Shown: in pieces, positions 1-8,316 of the stretch
Layout of the letters: the number at the start of each line of letters is the position of its first letter
Numbering within the stretch: the stretch's first letter is position 1
Assembly (NCBI GenBank): GCA_040753615.1
Contig: JBFMDO010000077.1
Coordinates: forward strand, 418 to 64,417
Direction of reading: 5' to 3'
Source of the DNA: Nitrospirota bacterium
Lineage (GTDB): Bacteria; Nitrospirota; Thermodesulfovibrionia; Thermodesulfovibrionales; SM23-35
DNA length: 64,000 nucleotides
Notes under the pieces: model-generated
The model's database searches: none
Told to the model about the DNA's origin: nothing
Seen by the model: only the letters and a program-made list of their open reading frames with translations
Program-made: the position numbers and the translations under genes

Positions 1-82
1 CTGGTTAGAGGGAGAAAATGCCCCAGAGTTAATAAAGTGGGTGATCTGGTATATAATTAAAAACATTGTGCTATAAAAATAT

Positions 83-1720
83 ATGATGAAACAGATAATT
101 TACCTTTTCTTAATAATTTTTATACTCGCTGGCTGCGAAAATAAAATACCGAAAACAGTGCAGTCAGATAAAGGCGTTTCATACGAGCCTGCATATGGCG
201 ATGTTTTAATAACAGGTAATATTGGAGAGCCAAGCATTCTTATACCGATGCTCGCTGGTGACAGCGCTTCCCATGATGTCGCAGGGCTGATTTTTAACGG
301 CCTTGTCAAATACGATACAGACCTCAGTGTTATCGGTGACCTTGCAGAATCATGGGATATTTCAGATGACGGACTTGTTATCACCTTCCACATCAGAAAA
401 GGCGTAAAATGGACTGATGGTGTTGAGTTTACAGCAGATGATGTGTTGTTTGGCTATAACACTATTATTAATGAAAAGACGCCTACGGCATATCAGGAGG
501 ATTATCTTCAGGTAAAAAAGGCTGAGGTCGTGGATAAATATACATTCAAGGTAACATATAAAAAACCGTTTGCACCTGCACTTACTTCATGGGGAAACAT
601 GGTGGTTCTTCCAAAGCATCTCCTTAAAGGGAAAGATATAACAAAAACTGATTTTGGGAGAAACCCTATTGGGATGGGTCATTACAAACTCAGAAAATGG
701 ATATCCGGACAGGAAGTAAAACTCAGTTCAAATAAGGACTATTTTGAGGGCAGACCATATATTGACGGCTATATTTATAGGTTTATACCAGACCCTGCAA
801 CCATGTTCCTTGAACTTCAGGCAGGCGGCATTGATATGATGGGATTAACGCCAATACAGTATAAAAAACAGACTGATAATAAATTCTTCAGGAATAATTT
901 TCAGAAATTCCATTATCCTACTTTTGCCTATACATATTTAGGATTCAATTTAAGACACCCGTGGTTCAAAGATAAACGTGTGAGACAGGCAATAGCCTAT
1001 GCCATAGATAAAACTGAAATTGTTGACGTAGTCCTTTTCGGTCTCGGAAGCCCTGCTACTGGCCCCTATGTTCCGAATACGTGGCCGTATAACCCAAATG
1101 TAAAAAGGTATGAGTTTAATTTAGAGAAGGCTAAACAGCTTCTGAAAGAAGCAGGGTGGGAGGATACAGACGGTGACACTATAATTGATAAGGATGGCAA
1201 AGATTTCGAATTCACTATTCTCACGAATATGGGAAATAACCTCAGGAAAAACACTGCAACTATTATACAGCAGAGGCTTCGAGATATTGGCATCAAGGTA
1301 GAAATCAGGACGCTTGAATGGAGCACATTTATAAATGAGTTTATTGATAAAAGACGCTTTCAGGCTGTTATACTCGGGTGGAGCATTGGTATTGACCCTG
1401 ATCAATATGATATCTGGCATTCGAGCAAAACAAGAGAAAAGGAGTTTAACTTTGTGAGCTATAATAATCCCGAGGTTGATGAGCTTCTGGAGAAAGGTCG
1501 AAGGACTTTTAATATCGAGGAAAGAAAAAAGGCTTACTACAGAATTCAGGAAATACTTGCAGAGGAGCTGCCCTATATCTTTTTATATGTTCCTGATGCA
1601 ACTCCTATTGTCCATGCACGGTTTAAGGGCATAACGCCTTCACCTATAGGTATATTTTATAATCTTCCTAAGTGGTATGTGCCGGAAAAACTACAGAGGC
1701 ATAGTGCTATAGAGCCGTAA
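83..1720 (+). CDS. Peptide/nickel ABC transporter substrate-binding lipoprotein (family 5, OppA/DppA-like)
   Basis: 545 aa; lipobox ILAGC; family-5 motifs IFNGLVKYD...GDLAESW, PIGMGHYKL, DKRVRQAIAYAID. Confidence 0.93.
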   Translation: MMKQIIYLFLIIFILAGCENKIPKTVQSDKGVSYEPAYGDVLITGNIGEPSILIPMLAGDSASHDVAGLIFNGLVKYDTDLSVIGDLAESWDISDDGLVITFHIRKGVKWTDGVEFTADDVLFGYNTIINEKTPTAYQEDYLQVKKAEVVDKYTFKVTYKKPFAPALTSWGNMVVLPKHLLKGKDITKTDFGRNPIGMGHYKLRKWISGQEVKLSSNKDYFEGRPYIDGYIYRFIPDPATMFLELQAGGIDMMGLTPIQYKKQTDNKFFRNNFQKFHYPTFAYTYLGFNLRHPWFKDKRVRQAIAYAIDKTEIVDVVLFGLGSPATGPYVPNTWPYNPNVKRYEFNLEKAKQLLKEAGWEDTDGDTIIDKDGKDFEFTILTNMGNNLRKNTATIIQQRLRDIGIKVEIRTLEWSTFINEFIDKRRFQAVILGWSIGIDPDQYDIWHSSKTREKEFNFVSYNNPEVDELLEKGRRTFNIEERKKAYYRIQEILAEELPYIFLYVPDATPIVHARFKGITPSPIGIFYNLPKWYVPEKLQRHSAIEP

Positions 1721-1781
1721 AGTCTGAAGGCAGATGTGCCATTGATCATTAACCCGAAACATGCTTCTTTACATCTTTTGC

Positions 1782-2151
1782 CAAAATAGAAATGTCCTAT
1801 TTCAACAAGTGCTATACTGCCTCTTTTTTGATAAGGAGGGGGGGGTGGCAGGAAAGGACATAGTACAAATGAGTCAGAGGGAGTTAAGGCGTCTGCACAT
1901 AATTCGACAAGCTCATTATCCATAAAGCAATAGAAGGGTTATTAAAGCAAAAAGAGGCAGCAGAGCTGCTAACATTAAGCAATCGTCAGATAAGGAGGCT
2001 AATCAAGAGAGTAGAAGAAGAAGGCGACATAGGGATAATACACAAATCCAGAGGGAAACCCTCAAACAGGAGATTACCCAAGAAGATAAAAGGCACTGCC
2101 CTTGTCTTTAATGTATGTGAAGAAGTCGTGCCAGTTTCCGAACCCCCGTGA
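1782..2151 (+). pseudogene. Truncated, frameshifted IS transposase (ISNCY-like N-terminal HTH) with probable left end
   Basis: GTG at 1845 after AAGGAGG gives VAGKDIVQMSQRELRRLHII; +1 frame from 1912 gives HKAIEGLLKQKEAAELLTLSNRQIRRLIKRVEEEGDIGIIHKSRGKPSNRRLP, stop at 2151; candidate end CAAAATAGAAATGTCCTATT at 1782-1801. Confidence 0.8.
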
Positions 2152-2293
2152 AAGCAGGAACTGGTCCTTGTATAGAATGCCGACCTTTTCGGAGAGGAGA
2201 CCGAGTTGTTCTTTTTCAGGAACTTTGTCGGCAAGAAAATATAAAGGTTACTTACGAGTATTATACTTTAAAGTAATATAAATTGCTAAAATG

Positions 2294-2325
2294 AAAAAGG
2301 ACTCAGGGGAACCTCCTAAGTCCTT
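2294..2325 (-). terminator. Intrinsic terminator of the tRNA operon
   Basis: Minus strand AAGGACTTAGG-aggttcc-CCTGAGTCCTT running into a T tract, 9 nt after the tRNA-Lys CCA. Confidence 0.75.
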
Positions 2326-2334
2326 GATTTTTCA

Positions 2335-2410
<76 letters not shown>

Positions 2411-2422
2411 TTGTCTTCTGAG

Positions 2423-2496
2423 CGCGCCTGAGAGGATTCGAACCTCCGACCCTCGGCTCCGGAGGCCGATGCTCTAATCCACTGAGCTACAGGCGC
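2423..2496 (-). tRNA. tRNA-Arg(CCG), CCA not encoded
   Basis: GCGCCTG acceptor stem, anticodon arm TCGGC-CTCCGGA-GCCGA, GTTCGAATC T-loop. Confidence 0.96.
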
Positions 2497-2505
2497 AATT
2501 AAAAA

Positions 2506-2594
2506 CAGTTCCAAGTTCAACATTGCAAGTTAAATATAAACAACAAAAAAATTCAGATTGAAACTTTCAATCTTTGAACTTTAAACTTTTAACT
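2506..2594. repeat. Hairpin with inverted 7-nt-periodic arms between tRNA-His and tRNA-Arg
   Basis: Left cagttcc aagttca acattgc aagttaa; right tttcaat ctttgaa ctttaaa cttttaa. Confidence 0.65.
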
Positions 2595-2618
2595 CCAATT
2601 TTGCTAAGCAAAATTGGT

Positions 2619-2695
2619 TGGGGTGAGTGAGGGGACTCGAACCCCCAACACCTGGAGCCACAGTCCAGTGCTCTGACCATTGAGCTACACTCACC
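2619..2695 (-). tRNA. tRNA-His(GTG)
   Basis: G-1 plus GTGAGTG/CACTCAC acceptor stem, anticodon GTG, CCA end. Confidence 0.97.
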
Positions 2696-2912
2696 ATTAA
2701 CAACAGTGAATAGTTAATAGTAAAAGAAAAAACAGATAAAAATCAATTTTACCCATATCTGTCCAAGATAACAGAAAAGAGGTTTGATAAATAAATAATC
2801 ATGTCGATTCAGTGTGTTTATGAGGCATTTAGCCTCTTATATAAAATTATTTTAGACAGGTTTAAATTTTACTAAAAACTAACAACTGCAAATTTTGTTT
2901 GCAAAATTTGCA

Positions 2913-2989
2913 TGGCGCGCCTGAAGGGATTCGAACCCCTGACCCACTGCTTAGAAGGCAGTTGCTCTGTCCAACTGAGCTACAGGCGC
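2913..2989 (-). tRNA. tRNA-Arg(TCT)
   Basis: GCGCCTG acceptor stem, anticodon arm ACTGC-CTTCTAA-GCAGT, CCA end. Confidence 0.97.
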
Positions 2990-3080
2990 AATTAAAATTA
3001 AGAATTTTAAGGACAAAATAGTTTAAAATAAAATTATAAAATCTTATAAAAATTTAAGTCAAGGAACACAAAGGGTTTAA

Positions 3081-4475
3081 ATGGAACCTATAATCACTAA
3101 ACTTCGTAAAATAGAACGCAAAATATTTGAAAATATAAGATTTAAACTTTCCGTTTTCATATTTGTACTGCTTATTATAACTACCTTAGTATTTTATATA
3201 CTCACGGTACGAATGATGGATCAATACATCCTGAATGAACTTATCAAGAGGGCTGAATCTTTAAGCAGAAGTGTGGCAGCATCTGCAGTTCACGGTATTC
3301 TTTTAGGAGATGTTTTAGGCATTGATAATATTATTGCCAAACTGGAAGATTTAAATAAGGATGTTGAATATGTCGCTGTTGTTGATAGTGATATGAATGT
3401 AATTGCTCATACAGATCCTAACAAGAGTGGAGAAAAAATAGAGCCTGTAAAAGGAAGAACTCTTAAAAAAAGAAGGGATGGATTAGTTATAAATGAAGTA
3501 TCATCTGGTTCAGGTGATTATTTTGAGATATCTGCTCCTATTAGTTTTAAGGATAAAAAATTTGGAACAATCCTTCTCGGTGTTAATAAATCAGTGTTGC
3601 TTGATGTTAATCGCCGTGCTCGCGCCAGGATATTGGTAGGTTTTTCTGTTGCCCTTGTTCTGGGGGCTGTTGGAATTATCATACTATCCTATTTTCTAAC
3701 GAGGCCACTTCAAGAACTTTCTGTTGGTGTAAATGATCTCAAAGAAGGAAAAAGAAGCAGGCCATTAAGGGTTTACTCTAAAGATGAACTTGGAAAACTA
3801 ACAGAAAGTTTTAATGAAATGGCTGAACTTATAACACAGCAGAAACAAAGCCTTAATGAATATGCGAGGGAATTGGAAGATGCATATATTTCCACAGTAA
3901 AAGTCCTTGCCGCGGCTATAGATGCCAGAGATCCTTATACACTCGGCCACTCGGCAAGGGTTGCCAGGCTATCCTTAATGCTCGGAAAAGCAATAGGACT
4001 TAACGGGAAAGAGCTTGAAGACCTTGAAATAGCATGCCTTTTTCACGATGTTGGAAAACTTAATACCCCTGACTTTATACTCCAAAAGGTAGGAAAACTT
4101 ACTTCAACAGAATACAGAGAAATAATGAGCCATCCCGAGACCGGAGCAGATATTCTCAGCAAAGCACCTTCACTTCATAAATATATACCTTCAATCAGAC
4201 ATCACCATGAATGGTATAATGGTAATGGTTATCCCAAAGGGCTTAAAGGAGAGGAGATTCCCCTGTTTTCAGCTATAATATCCATAGCAGATGCCTTTGA
4301 TGCAATGACTTCAAAAAGACCTTACAGAAATCCTCTGTCAAAAACAGACGCGATCAAAGAGGTAGGCAATTTTTCAGGGAAACAGTTTAATCCCTATCTT
4401 GTGGAAACTTTCATGCAGGTAATGAGCAGGCAGGAATGGCCTGTAGAAGAACTATACAAGCCGGGGATAATATGA
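3081..4475 (+). CDS. Membrane HAMP + HD-GYP protein (c-di-GMP phosphodiesterase-like)
   Basis: Two TM helices around a periplasmic domain, HAMP (RPLQELSVGV...DELGKLTESFNEM), YTLGHSARVA, FHDVGK, HHHEWYNGNGYPKGL. Confidence 0.9.
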   Translation: MEPIITKLRKIERKIFENIRFKLSVFIFVLLIITTLVFYILTVRMMDQYILNELIKRAESLSRSVAASAVHGILLGDVLGIDNIIAKLEDLNKDVEYVAVVDSDMNVIAHTDPNKSGEKIEPVKGRTLKKRRDGLVINEVSSGSGDYFEISAPISFKDKKFGTILLGVNKSVLLDVNRRARARILVGFSVALVLGAVGIIILSYFLTRPLQELSVGVNDLKEGKRSRPLRVYSKDELGKLTESFNEMAELITQQKQSLNEYARELEDAYISTVKVLAAAIDARDPYTLGHSARVARLSLMLGKAIGLNGKELEDLEIACLFHDVGKLNTPDFILQKVGKLTSTEYREIMSHPETGADILSKAPSLHKYIPSIRHHHEWYNGNGYPKGLKGEEIPLFSAIISIADAFDAMTSKRPYRNPLSKTDAIKEVGNFSGKQFNPYLVETFMQVMSRQEWPVEELYKPGII

Positions 4476-5020
4476 GCAACCTCTCTAAAAGATTTATTAT
4501 TTTATTTACTATATTTTTGATTCTCGCTTCATGTGTCAAGACTATACAGCCTCTTAAGCTGGAAGCTGCGATCCAGACAGCCCATAAATATCTTGTTGAG
4601 GGCGATTTTCAGAAAGCTATAGAGATTTATAATAGTGCATCTGCTAAAAATCTGAATAACAAAGAACTATATAATAGTTATCTTAAAGCAATTGAATATA
4701 TAAAAGAAAATGCTGACAGGGCATTTAACAGTGAAATTTTTGCCTCAGCCGGCTATACTTATTATATTTTATTGATTAACTATCCACACTTTACAAATTT
4801 TGTCCACCTACTACCATTTGACCAATATTTTTTAGATAACAGGATTAAGACCTGTTCAAAGAATCTTGCTGCAAAGGGACTTATAGCATATAGAGAAGGA
4901 AAATTTGAAGAAGCGATTTATATATGGAAAGACATCCTGAGATTTGACCCTGAAAACGAAGAGATAAAAAAGTCAATTGATACAGCTACCACACAGCTAA
5001 AAAATTTCCAGAAGAAATAG
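4472..5020 (+). CDS. TPR-like lipoprotein
   Basis: ATG at 4472 overlaps the upstream stop; lipobox ILASC; TPR-like helices (AYREGKFEEAIYIWKDILRFDPEN). Confidence 0.75.
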   Translation: MSNLSKRFIILFTIFLILASCVKTIQPLKLEAAIQTAHKYLVEGDFQKAIEIYNSASAKNLNNKELYNSYLKAIEYIKENADRAFNSEIFASAGYTYYILLINYPHFTNFVHLLPFDQYFLDNRIKTCSKNLAAKGLIAYREGKFEEAIYIWKDILRFDPENEEIKKSIDTATTQLKNFQKK

Positions 5021-5025
5021 ATTAG

Positions 5026-6408
5026 TTATAGTTCAAAGGCATCACCTTTTTCAGGCACATGCGTTTTAAAACCTAACTTTTCATTTATATGTTCCCCAAA
5101 TGATATTGCTACGTCTTCTTCGCCATGCACTATAAAAACCTTGGGCGAATCCTTAAAAGCTGTTAACCATTCTAAAAGCCCTTTTTGATCAGCATGAGCT
5201 GAAAACCCATTGATTGTGTAAATAGAAGCTCTGACTGCTATCTCCTCTCCGAGTATATGAACAGACCTTGCCTTATCAACAATCTTTCTCCCCAGTGTGC
5301 CTTTGCCCTGAAATCCAACAAATGCAACACTGCATTCAGTCCTCCATAAGTTGTGCTTCAGGTGATGCCTTATCCTTCCACCTTCACACATGCCGCTCCC
5401 TGCAATTACAAGTATGCCTGATTTTATTTTGTTTAATTCCATTGACTCTTTGGCGCTATGAACAAAATGCAATTTGAGAGAGTGATTAATATTTCTGGTG
5501 GAAAAAAGTCTTCTTGCATCGTCATCAAAACATTCAGGGTGTGCAAGATATACCCGTGTTGCCTCTTCTGCAAGCGGACTGTCAAGATAGACATTAATCC
5601 TGTAAAGCCTGCCTTCCCTCACAAGGTTATTCAGGATATAAAGCAGATCCTGAGTTCTGCCTACTGCAAACGATGGAATAAATACATTGCCTCCCTGCTT
5701 GAATGTTGTTTTTATAACATCTACCAGTTCATCTATACTCTCTTTTAATGGTTTATGCAACCTGTTTCCATATGTTGATTCCATAACTATAAAATCTGCC
5801 TTCACAGGGATATACGGATCTCTTACTATTGGATTGCCTTTTTTACCTATGTCTCCAGAAAAAACAATTTTCTTTTCTTCACTATTATCCTGATAATATA
5901 ATTCGAGGGAGCTTGAACCGAGTATATGTCCTGCGTCCAAAAACCTGTATTTAATGCCGTTCCCAAGATGAAATATCTTTTCATAAGGTTTTACATCAAA
6001 AAGAGGGAGAACCTCTTTGACATCATCTGCTGTGTAAAGCGGGGCTACAGGGGATTTACCAGCCCTGATAGCCTTTCTCGTAAACCACTCTGCATCGCTT
6101 TCCTGTATATGTGCAGAGTCATAGAGCATTAATTCGAGAAGATCCCTTGTAGCATGTGTGGTGATAATCCTGCCACAAAACCCTTCCCTAACGATTCTCG
6201 GAATCAGACCTGAGTGATCAATGTGAGCATGCGTGATAAAAATATAATTGATCTCTTCAGGATCGAAATCAAATGCAGCCCTGTTTATTTCACTAGCCCC
6301 CTCGCCCTGATACATGCCGCATTCAACGAGGATTTTGAAATTGTTGCACTCAATATAAAAACATGAGCCTGTAACAGTCCTTGCTCCTCCGAGAAATTTA
6401 AGTATCAA
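5026..6408 (-). CDS. MBL-fold beta-CASP ribonuclease (YSH1-like)
   Basis: LGGARTVTGS, THAHIDHSG, AGHILGS, MESTYG, FSAHADQ, VHGE motifs. Confidence 0.92.
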   Translation of the reverse strand: MILKFLGGARTVTGSCFYIECNNFKILVECGMYQGEGASEINRAAFDFDPEEINYIFITHAHIDHSGLIPRIVREGFCGRIITTHATRDLLELMLYDSAHIQESDAEWFTRKAIRAGKSPVAPLYTADDVKEVLPLFDVKPYEKIFHLGNGIKYRFLDAGHILGSSSLELYYQDNSEEKKIVFSGDIGKKGNPIVRDPYIPVKADFIVMESTYGNRLHKPLKESIDELVDVIKTTFKQGGNVFIPSFAVGRTQDLLYILNNLVREGRLYRINVYLDSPLAEEATRVYLAHPECFDDDARRLFSTRNINHSLKLHFVHSAKESMELNKIKSGILVIAGSGMCEGGRIRHHLKHNLWRTECSVAFVGFQGKGTLGRKIVDKARSVHILGEEIAVRASIYTINGFSAHADQKGLLEWLTAFKDSPKVFIVHGEEDVAISFGEHINEKLGFKTHVPEKGDAFEL

Positions 6409-7330
6409 GTCGGTCCTCTACTATTTGGTATTTTTTGTATCTTATATACTCAAATAAGCCCCAAAGACTCCCTGCTGTTATAGAAATAAACCATGCTAAG
6501 GAAATTGCAGTTGCAACATCAGGATCAACTCCTACCAGACCGAAAAATATTATAAAGGCACCTTCTCTTACACCAATGCCGGAAACAGATATAGGCAATG
6601 TAGAAAAAAGGATTATGAGTGGCAGAAAGAGCATAAATGTAAAAAGGGGAATGTGTTGCCCAATGCCAATCGCGAGGATATATACAGCAGCTATACCAGA
6701 AACCTGAACTATCACGGATAATGCGAGGGTATTTATGAGAATCTTTTTCTGGTTGCGGTATGTATGAAAATAACCGTAAAAATCTGAGAGTATTTTTATT
6801 CTTCTGCCAAGGCGTAAACCGAATATCAAAAGGCTTACACCGATGAAACATACCACAACAAGAGGCAAAAGCCATACTGCATCTGTCCCTTGAAGATATT
6901 TGTATCCAAAGGGGAAGGCAATAATACTTATTACCATTAACACCACAAAGCCGAGATATCTGTCCATAAAAATCGAGGCAAGGGTTAAACCACCTTTACC
7001 TGTTGCCTGATATAAATAAATGCCTTTAACAGCATCCCCTCCAATTATCCCGGGGAGAAAGATATTAAAGAAAGAGCCTATCATATACAGTGAAAAAAGC
7101 CTTTTGATAGAAACTCTTTCTCCCTTAAGAAGCAGCTTCCATCTTATTGTGGATATAAACTGTGCAAATAAATAGAGAAATACAGCAGAGATAAACGCTA
7201 AAAGATTTAGACCTTTTAGTATGGATAAAATCCTTTCAGTTCCTGTTCTGGATAAAACAATATAAAGCAACGCAAAGCTTACGGTAAGTTTGAGTATAAA
7301 GAGGAATATTCTATTTGCTTTCAGGGCCAA
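6398..7330 (-). CDS. Lysylphosphatidylglycerol-synthase TM domain / flippase-like membrane protein
   Basis: Polytopic; FNIFLPGIIGGDAVK, FMDR, LPISVSGIGVREG. Confidence 0.85.
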   Translation of the reverse strand: MALKANRIFLFILKLTVSFALLYIVLSRTGTERILSILKGLNLLAFISAVFLYLFAQFISTIRWKLLLKGERVSIKRLFSLYMIGSFFNIFLPGIIGGDAVKGIYLYQATGKGGLTLASIFMDRYLGFVVLMVISIIAFPFGYKYLQGTDAVWLLPLVVVCFIGVSLLIFGLRLGRRIKILSDFYGYFHTYRNQKKILINTLALSVIVQVSGIAAVYILAIGIGQHIPLFTFMLFLPLIILFSTLPISVSGIGVREGAFIIFFGLVGVDPDVATAISLAWFISITAGSLWGLFEYIRYKKYQIVEDRLDT

Positions 7331-8258
7331 GTATCTTCTTAATCACATATATGGGTTTTCTCTGGCTTTCGTGATAAACCCTCACGATCATTTCTCCGAG
7401 AAGTCCCATCCCGATTAACTGAATTCCAACAATAATCAGAAGGACACCGAGCAGAAGAAGCGGCCTTCCTCCAATAGCCTGTCCAAAAAAGAGTTTATCT
7501 GCAGCGAGATATAAACATATAAGAAATCCGAGAAATCCGTTTAATACACCTATTGGTCCAAAAAACTGTATGGGTTTGGTAGAAAAACTCTGAAGAAATT
7601 TTACAGTAATCAAATCCAGAACTACTTTTATTGTCCGGGATATGCCATATTTTGATTTACCCCTCAGTCTCGGATAATGGACTGTCTCTACCTCTGCAAC
7701 CCTTACACCATACCAGCTTGCAACAGCAGGGATAAACCTGTGCATCTCTCCGTAGAGTTTCAGATTTTTTATTACATCCCGTCTGTATGCCTTAAGGGAA
7801 CATCCGTAATCGTGAAGCTTTACGCCTGTTACCTTGCTTATTAGCCAGTTCGCTATTATGGAGGGAAACCTTCTTGAAAAAAATGGGTCCTTCCTCTTTT
7901 TTCTCCATCCGCTCACGAGGTCATTATCTTTTATAAGTTTCAGCAATTTGGGAATGTCTGCAGGATCATTCTGCAGGTCGCCATCCATTGTCACAATCAC
8001 ATCTCCTCGCGAGAAATCAAAACCTGCTGCAAACGCAGCAGTCTGTCCAAAATTGCGCCTCAGACTGAGTATAACTACATTTTTATCATTTACCTGAATC
8101 TCCTCAAGGATAGAAAGTGTCTTATCTGTACTGCCATCATCCACAAAGACTATTTCGTATTCTTTGTTTAAAGAATCCAAAACTGCCTTAAGTTTTTCAT
8201 AAAGCAACCGGGTATTTTCTTCTTCATTGTAAAGTGGTATAACTACAGATAGTGTCAT
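7311..8258 (-). CDS. GT2 polyprenyl-phosphate glycosyltransferase (ArnC/GtrB-like)
   Basis: SVVIPLYNEE, VDDGSTD, RNFGQTAA, MDGDLQNDP, C-terminal TM pair; probable start at MTLSVV. Confidence 0.9.
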   Translation of the reverse strand: MTLSVVIPLYNEEENTRLLYEKLKAVLDSLNKEYEIVFVDDGSTDKTLSILEEIQVNDKNVVILSLRRNFGQTAAFAAGFDFSRGDVIVTMDGDLQNDPADIPKLLKLIKDNDLVSGWRKKRKDPFFSRRFPSIIANWLISKVTGVKLHDYGCSLKAYRRDVIKNLKLYGEMHRFIPAVASWYGVRVAEVETVHYPRLRGKSKYGISRTIKVVLDLITVKFLQSFSTKPIQFFGPIGVLNGFLGFLICLYLAADKLFFGQAIGGRPLLLLGVLLIIVGIQLIGMGLLGEMIVRVYHESQRKPIYVIKKILGPESK

Positions 8259-8316
8259 TAATAATTCCCCATTTTCACTTAAGTTCATAACATCATAACA
8301 TACAAATATCAGGCAA

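Noticed and set aside
1986-2234. 82-aa minus-strand ORF
   Set aside because: Largely antisense to the transposase relic; no start signal or motif.
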